Of a stretch of 64,000 nucleotides of DNA, positions 37,139 through 44,850 are shown piece after piece; positions within the stretch are counted from its first letter, which is position 1, and each line of letters starts with the position of its first letter. The notes under the pieces were generated by a model. It worked only from the letters and a program-made list of their open reading frames with translations. It had not been told where the DNA came from and did no database searches. This DNA is from an uncultured Gammaproteobacteria bacterium (GTDB taxonomy: Bacteria; Patescibacteriota; Patescibacteriia; Patescibacteriales; Patescibacteriaceae). Location: positions 189,990-253,989 of the forward strand of contig CAZRDY010000002.1 of the NCBI GenBank assembly GCA_964599395.1, given 5' to 3'. Position numbers and translations under genes: made by a program.

Positions 37139-37726
37139 ATGATAAAAGCAATTTTATTTGACGCTGACGGAGTAACCTTGATTAAACAAGGTTATCTAAG
37201 TGAGAAATTGTCCCGCGATTTTAATATCCCACTTGATCAAATCATGCCATTTTTTAGAAATGATTATCGCTTGTGTCAAGAAGATAAACTCGATCTAAAA
37301 GTTATCTTGCCCAAATATTTAGAACAATGGAAAATACAAAAATCTGTTGATAACTTTTTAGACTATTGGTTTTCCGCCGACACGAAGCCTGACAAGATCA
37401 TGATAGAAAAGATTCAAGCTCTGAGAAAGAACGGCATCAAATGCTATCTTGCATCAGACCAAGAAAAATATCGGGCAGAGTATATTCTTCATACATTAAA
37501 ATTCAGTGAATACTTTGACAAATGCTTTTTCTCATATAATGTAGGCAGTTCTAAATCAAATCCTGACTTTTTTAAAAAAGTGATAGAAGAACTTAAACTG
37601 AATCCGGAGGAACTAGTATATTTTGATGATGACGAGAAAAATGTTACTATAGCTAAATCTATTGGCATTATCGCTCATCACTTTACTAATATTAACGACA
37701 TGGAATATGTGGCAGGAAATAAATAA
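37139..37726 (+). CDS. HAD-superfamily hydrolase
   Basis: Motif I ILFDADGVT, motif II LASDQ, motif III/IV K...YFDDDEKN. Confidence 0.8.
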   Translation: MIKAILFDADGVTLIKQGYLSEKLSRDFNIPLDQIMPFFRNDYRLCQEDKLDLKVILPKYLEQWKIQKSVDNFLDYWFSADTKPDKIMIEKIQALRKNGIKCYLASDQEKYRAEYILHTLKFSEYFDKCFFSYNVGSSKSNPDFFKKVIEELKLNPEELVYFDDDEKNVTIAKSIGIIAHHFTNINDMEYVAGNK

Positions 37727-37937
37727 TAAACTAGTGAAAGAATTTGAGTTTAAGGATTTCAAAGTTGCTTTTGCATTTATGACTAAAGTAGCGACAATTG
37801 CCGAAGAGCTCAAGCATCATCCTGAATGGACCAATATCTATAATAAAGTCACGATTAAATTATCTACACATGATGCCGGAGATATTGTAACTGAAAAGGA
37901 TAAAGAACTAGCCGGAGCTATTGACAAGTTGCTATAA
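37707..37937 (+). CDS. Pterin-4a-carbinolamine dehydratase (PCD/DCoH-like)
   Basis: EFEFKDFKVAFAFMTKVATIAEELKHHPEW (E-x3-HHP signature). ATG 37707 chosen; the ORF-track start at 37662 lies inside the HAD gene. Confidence 0.75.
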   Translation: MWQEINNKLVKEFEFKDFKVAFAFMTKVATIAEELKHHPEWTNIYNKVTIKLSTHDAGDIVTEKDKELAGAIDKLL

Positions 37938-37992
37938 TCATGCTATTTTAAACAATTAAATAACGTTCTCTTAAAGCGAAAGGAAAAATACT

Positions 37993-38529
37993 TTGAGTAT
38001 AAAAGTAGTTGTTTCAGGTAGTTTTAAAAAGAACCTGAAAGAAATTGAAGAGATTATTAAAAAACTTAAAGAAGCTGGCGCGGAAATTCTTGCACCACTT
38101 AGTACTAAGACCGATGATCCAACTAAGGATTTTATAATTTTAGTAAGTGATGATCCAAAACTTAGTGAATTTGAACTTGAAAAAAATTTCATGAATTCGA
38201 TTTACAAAAGTGATGCACTAATCATTGCCAACACTGATGGATCTATTGGCCGTAGCGTAGCTGCTGAAATGTCTTTGGCTAAGTTACAGAATATTCCGGT
38301 TATTATTGTTAAACCAATTACACAAGTAACCGAGGAACTTGATCCCTTATCCCAATTATTTATTAAACAAATTCCTATAGACTTATTATCTTTAGAAGAT
38401 ATTAGTAAGGAACGATTTGAAATGATTGGGATAGAAGAAGAAAGAAAGAAAAAACGTATTCTTTCAAAACGTCGCAAAGAAGTTTTGACCAGAAACGTTA
38501 ACACACTTCTAAAATCTTTAAAACGTTAA
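37993..38529 (+). CDS. Nucleoside 2-deoxyribosyltransferase-like (NDT/Rcl fold) protein with basic C-terminal tail
   Basis: TTG start after AAGGA. VVVSGSF...DALIIANTDGSIGRSVAAEMSLA resembles the G-x-S-x3-E-x3-A nucleophile segment of NDT-fold proteins. K/R-rich tail. Tentative. Confidence 0.4.
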   Translation: MSIKVVVSGSFKKNLKEIEEIIKKLKEAGAEILAPLSTKTDDPTKDFIILVSDDPKLSEFELEKNFMNSIYKSDALIIANTDGSIGRSVAAEMSLAKLQNIPVIIVKPITQVTEELDPLSQLFIKQIPIDLLSLEDISKERFEMIGIEEERKKKRILSKRRKEVLTRNVNTLLKSLKR

Positions 38530-38537
38530 AAAGTTTT

Positions 38538-38580
38538 AACTCACCCCTAACCCCTCTCTACGCTCACGCGTAAAGAGGGG
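38538..38580 (+). repeat. Left terminal inverted repeat plus hairpin
   Basis: AACTCACCCCTAAC followed by hairpin CCCCTCTCTACGC-tcac-GCGTAAAGAGGGG. Confidence 0.85.
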
Positions 38581-38617
38581 TATTTTGTATAAAAAATTCT
38601 ATATTTAAAATCTAACT

Positions 38618-38995
38618 ATGAAAATAAAAAAAATACTAATGGCACGAGAATTAAGAAAGTCTCAAACACCTTGTGAAAAAATATTATGGCAAGCGTTAAG
38701 AAACAGACAATTATTAAATTTTAAATTCCACAGACAATTTATACTAGCTGGTTTTATATTAGATTTCTACTGTCCAGCTTTGAAACTAGGAATAGAAGTA
38801 GATGGCAGTATTCATAATTTAGAAGAGAACAAGATCTATGACTTGGTAAGAGAAAAAATATTTAATGAGTATGGTGTTAGTATTATCAGATTTACTAACG
38901 AGAACATAAAAAAGAATCTACCTGTAGTTATACAACAAATCAAAAATAATATTATTAGTTCCCCTCTTTGCCCCGAAGGGGTAGAGAGGGGTTAG
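38618..38995 (+). CDS. DUF559 endonuclease-domain protein (Vsr/restriction-endonuclease-like fold)
   Basis: ARELRKSQTPCEKILWQALRNRQLLNFKFHRQFILAGFILDFYCPALKLGIEVDGSIH is the typical DUF559 core. The last 12 aa (SSPLCPEGVERG) are encoded by the right repeat. Confidence 0.8.
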   Translation: MKIKKILMARELRKSQTPCEKILWQALRNRQLLNFKFHRQFILAGFILDFYCPALKLGIEVDGSIHNLEENKIYDLVREKIFNEYGVSIIRFTNENIKKNLPVVIQQIKNNIISSPLCPEGVERG

Positions 38996-39004
38996 GGGTG
39001 AGTT
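38961..39004 (+). repeat. Right terminal inverted repeat plus hairpin
   Basis: Hairpin CCCCTCTTTGCCCC-gaa-GGGGTAGAGAGGGG followed by GTTAGGGGTGAGTT. A degenerate partial copy (GGGGCTGGGGGTAGAG) follows at about 39022-39037. Confidence 0.85.
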
Positions 39005-39041
39005 GTGCTTGCGGATGAGGAGGGGCTGGGGGTAGAGTACG

Positions 39042-39077
39042 AAAAAAGTCAGCTGTTGGGCTGACTTTTCTTTTTTT
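39042..39077. terminator. Bidirectional intrinsic terminator between convergent units
   Basis: AAAAGTCAGC-tgttgg-GCTGACTTTT flanked by an A run and a T run. Confidence 0.7.
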
Positions 39078-39096
39078 ATTGTATAACTAATCTTGT

Positions 39097-39471
39097 TTAT
39101 GCAGTAACTTTTTCCCTGGAGCTTTCCCATTTAATAATTAATAAAGGAATGATCAATGGCCAGCTGAGGAAGAAAAAAACTTTTATTGTTGCTAAGACGA
39201 AATTATTTTCATTAATGCCCAGACTTACGAATAAGAGAATCTGAACCCAAAAATTACAAAGAAACAAAGTAATCCCGTAAAGAAATAAGCAGTCTCTCTT
39301 TTCCGCAGGCCTAATATCGTATGACATAGCTGTCGTGCTTAATATTAAGAGAAGCATAAAGAAATATAAATAGACTGGCCAATTACTCCATAAGTAAAAC
39401 TGATACAGAAATGGAAATAGAAATATGAATTTGAAAAAGAACTTTAAAATAATCTTCAATTTAACCTCCAA
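39097..39471 (-). CDS. Small polytopic membrane protein, unknown
   Basis: 124-aa ORF with 4 hydrophobic segments. An internal TTG at 39459 preceded by GGAGG is a likelier start. Confidence 0.5.
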   Translation of the reverse strand: MEVKLKIILKFFFKFIFLFPFLYQFYLWSNWPVYLYFFMLLLILSTTAMSYDIRPAEKRDCLFLYGITLFLCNFWVQILLFVSLGINENNFVLATIKVFFFLSWPLIIPLLIIKWESSREKVTA

Positions 39472-39481
39472 TAGTAGTTAA

Positions 39482-39526
39482 TAAAAAAGTTTATATGACC
39501 ATATTATATCATATAAACTCTTTTTT
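39482..39526. terminator. Intrinsic terminator ending the dcw/M23 operon
   Basis: A6-AGTTTATATGA-10 nt-TCATATAAACT-C-T6 (11-bp AT-rich stem). Confidence 0.55.
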
Positions 39527-39552
39527 GTCAATATTATGATTTTCTAAGGCTT

Positions 39553-41064
39553 TTAATCCCCTCTGCCCCACCATCTTCCCCATCCACCGTTATTGTTATT
39601 ATTATTGTTATTAAAGCTCTGAGAACCGCTCACAGAGCGTATGGAGGCCCGGCGTCCGTCAGCCGTTATATAGATTAAACCGCTTGGTGTGGCTGATATT
39701 TCGTAACCGCCTCTCCACCACGGTTCAAAGGCTTTTTTGCTTGTTGTGAGATTTCCTAACGAATCAAAGATTCTAATATCCGGTCCGCCTTTGCTTGCCG
39801 GAACTGCTACAATCTGAAATGATCCGAAAAAATCCGAGTTGGCAATAACCGAAATTTTTACACCACCACGAAACTCTGGTACATACGCCATAAATGACGC
39901 ATCGGGATTACCTAAAGTATCAAATGTTCTGATATGAGGTCCGCCGAGTGACAAAGCTGATGTTACAATACGAGCCGGCGAATTGTTTGTAGATTTTTTC
40001 ACTGCAACGTCTACACCGCCTCTAAAAGTTTGAGCATAAGCCATAAAACTTGAAATCGGTGTTCCGTCTGATTTAAATACTCTAACCTGCGGTCCTCCAC
40101 CCGGTCCTGCGCCCGTGATAATTTCCGCTTTACCGTCATTGTCTATATCAGCCGCAGTCACACGAACACCGCCGCGAAATGCCAAGGGATAAGCAAAGAA
40201 ACTTTTAAGCGGAATTCCGCTCGCAGTTAATACTCTCACTTGCGGTCCTCCACCCGGTCCGGCACCGGTTATTATTTCATCAATGCCGTCTCCGTCAATA
40301 TCTCCGGCAGCAAGATCAACGCCGCCTTTGAAAGCCATTGGATACGGGAAAAACTGATTAATTACATCTCCATTATTATTTAGCACCTTTACATGCGGCC
40401 CTCCGCCTGGTCCGGCACCCGTTACTATTGTAGCGTTATTTCCGAAATTTCCAGCAGCAACTGAAGCTCCTCCTTTAAAATTACCAAAGGGAAGCATTTC
40501 ATAGCTTTGTTTTGGCGCCGGTACCGGTGTGGATATTTTTTGCGCAGCCTGCAAACTTAGATACGGACTAATCGGTGTACCGTCAGGTGTATGAATTTCA
40601 AAATGTACGTGAGCTCCGGTTCCTTCCGCATTACCACTATCACCCATCCAACCGATTAATTGTCCCCTCACAACTTGCGCGCCGTTTATTACATCAGGCG
40701 CATACGCAAATAATCCGTCTCCTAAACCGTCATCAGTTCCGGGACGATCATTATTAACATGTAAATACCAATAACTGTATCCGTCTGTATCTCGCAAAGA
40801 AATTGCATAGCCCCAATCCGGCTGTGGATACTGAACCCAATTAACAACTCCATCAACCGCAGCAACCAAGGGAAGCATTTTTCTTCCCATTAAATCATTT
40901 CCCTCGTGTGTATGCCCCGTGCGAGGCGCTCCAAAATCATCATAATATGAAACAGCACCAATCACAGGAAAAGTAATTGGGCGTAACTCAGCTGCTTGAC
41001 TTGGCTCAACAGAAGATAAACCAATAAGAGAAAATAAAAGTATGAAAGAGAATAATTTTTTCAT
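39553..41064 (-). CDS. Secreted M23 (LytM-type) metallopeptidase with FG-GAP repeat module and Asn8/Trp-Gly-Arg tail
   Basis: Signal peptide. HTHEGNDL (HxxxD) and GAHVHFEIH (HxH). Repeats GDIDGDGIDEIITGAGPGGGPQVRV. C-terminus NNNNNNNNGGWGRWWGRGD. Confidence 0.85.
   Translation of the reverse strand: MKKLFSFILLFSLIGLSSVEPSQAAELRPITFPVIGAVSYYDDFGAPRTGHTHEGNDLMGRKMLPLVAAVDGVVNWVQYPQPDWGYAISLRDTDGYSYWYLHVNNDRPGTDDGLGDGLFAYAPDVINGAQVVRGQLIGWMGDSGNAEGTGAHVHFEIHTPDGTPISPYLSLQAAQKISTPVPAPKQSYEMLPFGNFKGGASVAAGNFGNNATIVTGAGPGGGPHVKVLNNNGDVINQFFPYPMAFKGGVDLAAGDIDGDGIDEIITGAGPGGGPQVRVLTASGIPLKSFFAYPLAFRGGVRVTAADIDNDGKAEIITGAGPGGGPQVRVFKSDGTPISSFMAYAQTFRGGVDVAVKKSTNNSPARIVTSALSLGGPHIRTFDTLGNPDASFMAYVPEFRGGVKISVIANSDFFGSFQIVAVPASKGGPDIRIFDSLGNLTTSKKAFEPWWRGGYEISATPSGLIYITADGRRASIRSVSGSQSFNNNNNNNNGGWGRWWGRGD
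39655..40452 (-). repeat. Coding FG-GAP/VCBS-type repeats (about 5 units, ~174-nt period)
   Basis: DNA-level near-repeats such as GCGGTCCTCCACCCGGTCC recur with this period. Confidence 0.75.
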
Positions 41065-41132
41065 GAGTATATAATAAAAAATAAGCTGCTATAAGTATAA
41101 CGCCCTTTGCAATATAATGTTACCTTATTCAG

Positions 41133-42410
41133 TTATTGCCATTGTTTCTCTTGTCTGACCAATAATCTTGCTGCTTGTTCCGGTTCAGCCATTAACGCTT
41201 TCACAACTTTTTCCATGCGAGCTGATTGCGATCCCTTAACGACAATCAAATCATTCTCAACTAATTTATCTTTAATATAATCCGCCGCTTGATCTGAATT
41301 TTCAAACCAATAAGCTTGTTTAATTTTATTGGCAGCTATTGTTTCAAAAATTATTTTTGCTTCTTCTCCAACGGCCACAATAATATCAGTTGTACCTTCT
41401 GCCGCACGTGCAACATCTTCGTGGCCCTTTCGGCTTAAAGTCCCAAGTTCCTTCATTGAACCAAGTACTGCCCAAATACGTTTTCTTGAAACCTCGGGAA
41501 TTTCTTGCACAGCATTCAGTGCTTCAAACACCGAATCCGGAGAAGAGTTATAGGTGTCATCAATTATCAAAGTATTATTAATCCCGCTGATAAGCTGCAA
41601 ACGTCCTGACGGTTGTTTAAAGTCACGCAAGGCTTCAGAAATTTCAAGGCTGTTCATATCATAGCTTAATCCTACCGCAGCAGCCACTAAGGCGGCGTAT
41701 ACCGCCGGTCGTCCAATTGCACCGGGCAAAAATATTGGCACACTTGAACCGGCGTTCTCCATTTTAAATGAGATTCCTGAAACAGCTTCTTCGGAAAAAC
41801 TTATACTTATGTTATCAGCGCGTACATCACAGGTTTCTCCGAATCCAAAACTTAAACTATTGCATTTAATCTTTTCAGCAAGTTTAGCTGCATTTTCATC
41901 ATCACCGTTATAAATTAAAACGCCGTCATAAGGCAAATGCTTTGCTATCTTAAATTTTTCATTGTGAAGTTCTTCTAAAGATGAAAAAAATTCAAGATGC
42001 GCTTGACCTAGTTTGGTTACTATCGCGCGACTGGGTTGAATAATATTTGTCAGGTAATCCATGTCGCCCGGACGATCAACTCCCATTTCCAAAACTAAAG
42101 CTTCTGGATAATCGTTATTTTTTCCTCGAATTAATTTTCTGGCTTTAGAAAACACACGCAGCCAACCAAAAATTGATTTGCCCGGAGAAATTTCGCCTAA
42201 AATAGTAAGCGGTAAGCCCAGTTCATTATTATAATTCTTATAGGTTTCACGCAAGCTAAAACGTCGACTCAAAACACGAGCCGTTGCTTCTTTAGTGCTG
42301 GTTTTTCCCACGCTACCGGTAATTCCTATAATCTGCGGCTTATAGTGCGCAATTACTTGGCGGGCGTAAGAGCTCAAAAGTCGTTGTAGAATAAATGTTA
42401 ACATAGGCAC
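41133..42410 (-). CDS. murF: UDP-MurNAc-tripeptide--D-alanyl-D-alanine ligase
   Basis: IGITGSVGKTSTKEA P-loop and Mur ligase architecture. 425 aa. GTG 42410 or ATG 42404 start. Confidence 0.85.
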   Translation of the reverse strand: MPMLTFILQRLLSSYARQVIAHYKPQIIGITGSVGKTSTKEATARVLSRRFSLRETYKNYNNELGLPLTILGEISPGKSIFGWLRVFSKARKLIRGKNNDYPEALVLEMGVDRPGDMDYLTNIIQPSRAIVTKLGQAHLEFFSSLEELHNEKFKIAKHLPYDGVLIYNGDDENAAKLAEKIKCNSLSFGFGETCDVRADNISISFSEEAVSGISFKMENAGSSVPIFLPGAIGRPAVYAALVAAAVGLSYDMNSLEISEALRDFKQPSGRLQLISGINNTLIIDDTYNSSPDSVFEALNAVQEIPEVSRKRIWAVLGSMKELGTLSRKGHEDVARAAEGTTDIIVAVGEEAKIIFETIAANKIKQAYWFENSDQAADYIKDKLVENDLIVVKGSQSARMEKVVKALMAEPEQAARLLVRQEKQWQ

Positions 42411-42416
42411 ACTATA

Positions 42417-44510
42417 CTACTTCTTAACATTTGTTTCAATCTTTCGATCTTGTGGTATCTGCCAGTGATTAAGAAGAAATTTGGTAATATCATGAGCTAA
42501 GGGAACAGCGGTTCCCTCGGCAAAACGCGAGGTCTGCGGGCTGTCTATTTTTGTGAGAATGACAAAACTCGCATTATTTGCCGGAGCATAACCTACAAAG
42601 GTGTGATTGTAGCGGCTGGTGTATCCTTTTGAACTCGCTGACGCGATTTGAGCCGTTCCGGTTTTTCCCGCAATATAATATCCCGGAATCTGAATCAATT
42701 TTGAATGTCCGTTCTCCACAACATTAATCAACATACCTGTTAGTATCGCGGCACTTCGCTCAGATATCACTTGTCGAATCAAAGATGGCGTAGTAACAGA
42801 TCGAGATCCGTCCGGCGCGACAACGGCTTTCACAATATATGGTTTCATTAATTTACCGCCATTGGCAATCGCGGCATATGACATAACCATTTGCAGAGGA
42901 GTAACAGTAATACCTTGACCGAATGATGCAGTAGCCGCTGAAATATCTTTCACTTTAAAGCCGGAAATATTTCTGATATCGCCTGCACTCTCCCCTTCCA
43001 ATTCAATTCCGGTTTTTTCACCAAAACCAAAGTGTCTTACGTAGTCTGCAAAATTTTCTACACCAGTTTGTTGCATGGCAAAAATAGCTCCGGTATTAAG
43101 AGATTGTTCAAGCACAGTTACCATATTTGTCTTGCCGTGACCGCCAAAAGTTTCAAAGTCAGAATTCTTAATCGGTTTTGGCCACCCTTTAATGATTATT
43201 TGTCCGTTATCTTGATATGTTGTTTCCGGTGTTACCTTATTCGTATCAAGCGCTCCAGCCATGGTGATTGCTTTGAACACTGAACCAGGTTCATATTGAT
43301 CAAACACTGCTGGATTATTAAAAACACGTAAATCAGTTTCTTTTTGATAGTTATTTGGATCAAAGTCAGGCGCAGAGCACATCACTAAAATTGCCCCGTC
43401 TTTCGGATTAACGACAATGACACTTCCGCCAAGTGCTTTATATTTATTAACCGCCTCATCAAGCATCTTACAGGAATTGAACTGTGCCGCCCGATCAATT
43501 GTCAAAACAAGACTTGATCCATCTTCTTTTTTATTGGTTTGTCTGTCGTTCACAATAACAAGTCCACCGGCACCGCGCTCCGCTGTCACGGAGCCGAATT
43601 TGCCAAATAGTTCTTGATCAAAAAATCCTTCAAGTCCATATTTCCCCCGCTGCTCCTCATTTTCATATCCGGCAAAGCCGAGAATATTAGCACCAATATT
43701 ATTCTCCGGATAAAAACGATGGGGTGCCAATGAATAACCAAACCCTTCAATTTCAAATTCTGTTTGGTCTTTTGTAGAGACCATCATTCCATTCTTCATT
43801 GTTAAGTCATCGGCAACGATGTCAGAACGACCGGACATAAATACATAAAACTTTTTCAAGACATCATCACTTAATTTTCTTTCAATCGGTTCATACTCAT
43901 CTTCTTGCTGATCAAGGGCTTTAATGTATGATGCAAGGGAAGCTTCTTTTTTTTCTCGAATATAATCCTCAATTTTTTGTTTTTCAAGTTCTTGGAAAAG
44001 TAAATCGTTCAGTAAAGCGTCTTGTTTACTTTTCGTTTCAGCAAGTTTGACGCCCCGTTCGGCTTCAGGTAAGCCATCAAATGACGCTAATTCTGTTTTG
44101 AAATTTTCTTCTCTCTCTTTTTTAACCATCTCGGCTGCTTCTTTTTCTATGCTGGCTTTTTTAAAAAATTCATATAGTTGCTCAGAAACTTTTTCTGGAT
44201 CAATAATTTTTTTAGGAACAGCAAAGAGAAGAGCAAAATCTTTATTAACAGCTATTGGATACAAAAGATCGTTACCCGCTAAAGCATTTTCTTGAATATA
44301 TATTTTACCTCGTTCCGGCAACAATTCATATGAAGTTTTATGTTGACCCTCAGCCAGAGCCGAATAGCGACTATGTTCGAATATCTGTAAATAAACGAGA
44401 CGCGCTACGAGTCCAAAACTCAATAAAAAAACCGCCGTCGCGATAATCGCGACGCGGCCATTTGATGGTGCTGGGGCTTGAACCTGGGGTCGTCCGAACT
44501 TCATCATCAT
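42417..44510 (-). CDS. ftsI: Class B penicillin-binding protein (FtsI/PBP2-type transpeptidase)
   Basis: N-terminal TM. SxxK = SVFK, SxN = SLN, KTG = KTGT. K/E-rich insertion at about aa 117-205. Confidence 0.85.
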   Translation of the reverse strand: MMMKFGRPQVQAPAPSNGRVAIIATAVFLLSFGLVARLVYLQIFEHSRYSALAEGQHKTSYELLPERGKIYIQENALAGNDLLYPIAVNKDFALLFAVPKKIIDPEKVSEQLYEFFKKASIEKEAAEMVKKEREENFKTELASFDGLPEAERGVKLAETKSKQDALLNDLLFQELEKQKIEDYIREKKEASLASYIKALDQQEDEYEPIERKLSDDVLKKFYVFMSGRSDIVADDLTMKNGMMVSTKDQTEFEIEGFGYSLAPHRFYPENNIGANILGFAGYENEEQRGKYGLEGFFDQELFGKFGSVTAERGAGGLVIVNDRQTNKKEDGSSLVLTIDRAAQFNSCKMLDEAVNKYKALGGSVIVVNPKDGAILVMCSAPDFDPNNYQKETDLRVFNNPAVFDQYEPGSVFKAITMAGALDTNKVTPETTYQDNGQIIIKGWPKPIKNSDFETFGGHGKTNMVTVLEQSLNTGAIFAMQQTGVENFADYVRHFGFGEKTGIELEGESAGDIRNISGFKVKDISAATASFGQGITVTPLQMVMSYAAIANGGKLMKPYIVKAVVAPDGSRSVTTPSLIRQVISERSAAILTGMLINVVENGHSKLIQIPGYYIAGKTGTAQIASASSKGYTSRYNHTFVGYAPANNASFVILTKIDSPQTSRFAEGTAVPLAHDITKFLLNHWQIPQDRKIETNVKK

Positions 44511-44527
44511 ATTTCCATTGTCTTAAT

Positions 44528-44833
44528 TTATTTTTTAGCAACCGCCTGTTGATTCCAGTTAAGGTAGTTAATTGAATCGGCCGCAACAAGACGCATGGCT
44601 TGGATGCGAGGGTTTAAATTTTGATACGAAGATAGGGCGCTCACACGGCTTTCCATAGTCTGACGTTCAGCAACAAGTTCGTTACTCTCTATTTTAAGAT
44701 CCTTAAAAACAAAACCCTTGGTTGATAAGTCATTCACCACCAAAAAGTGTCCGACAGCTGTTCCTATAACTGCTATCGCCAAGAACTTATTGAGCTTCGA
44801 AAGTGTTCGAGAACGTTCGGGAAGATGAGTCAT
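44528..44833 (-). CDS. FtsL/DivIC-like bitopic cell-division protein
   Basis: 101 aa with a single TM (FLAIAVIGTAVGHFLVV) and a short coiled coil. Lies in the canonical position between rsmH and ftsI. Confidence 0.6.
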   Translation of the reverse strand: MTHLPERSRTLSKLNKFLAIAVIGTAVGHFLVVNDLSTKGFVFKDLKIESNELVAERQTMESRVSALSSYQNLNPRIQAMRLVAADSINYLNWNQQAVAKK

Positions 44834-44850
44834 ATTTTTTTATTTTTATT

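Larger units (their letters stand above)
38538..39004 (+). mobile_element. Candidate hairpin-ended DUF559 cassette
   Basis: 24-bp perfect inverted repeat AACTCACCCCTAACCCCTCTCTAC at 38538-38561 and (reverse complement) 38981-39004. It brackets a single DUF559 gene, each end has its own subterminal hairpin, and the gene's stop codon lies inside the right repeat. Confidence 0.4.

Noticed and set aside
38985-39034. Four G runs (GGGGTTAGGGG...GGGGCTGGGGG), telomere-like TTAGGGG, possible G-quadruplex
   Set aside because: The G runs are simply the G-rich arms of the inverted repeat and hairpin. The central loop would be over 20 nt. There is no independent support for a G4 or telomere-like role.
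39553-39567. C-terminal RGD on a protein with integrin-type FG-GAP repeats
   Set aside because: A tripeptide is expected by chance. The context (WGRWWGRGD) looks like an aromatic/Arg-rich anchor rather than an integrin ligand.
39589-39612. AAT/AAC array as a phase-variation switch
   Set aside because: The repeat unit is a codon, so slippage only changes Asn-tract length and cannot switch the gene on or off. It is noted under the M23 finding as a possible length polymorphism only.
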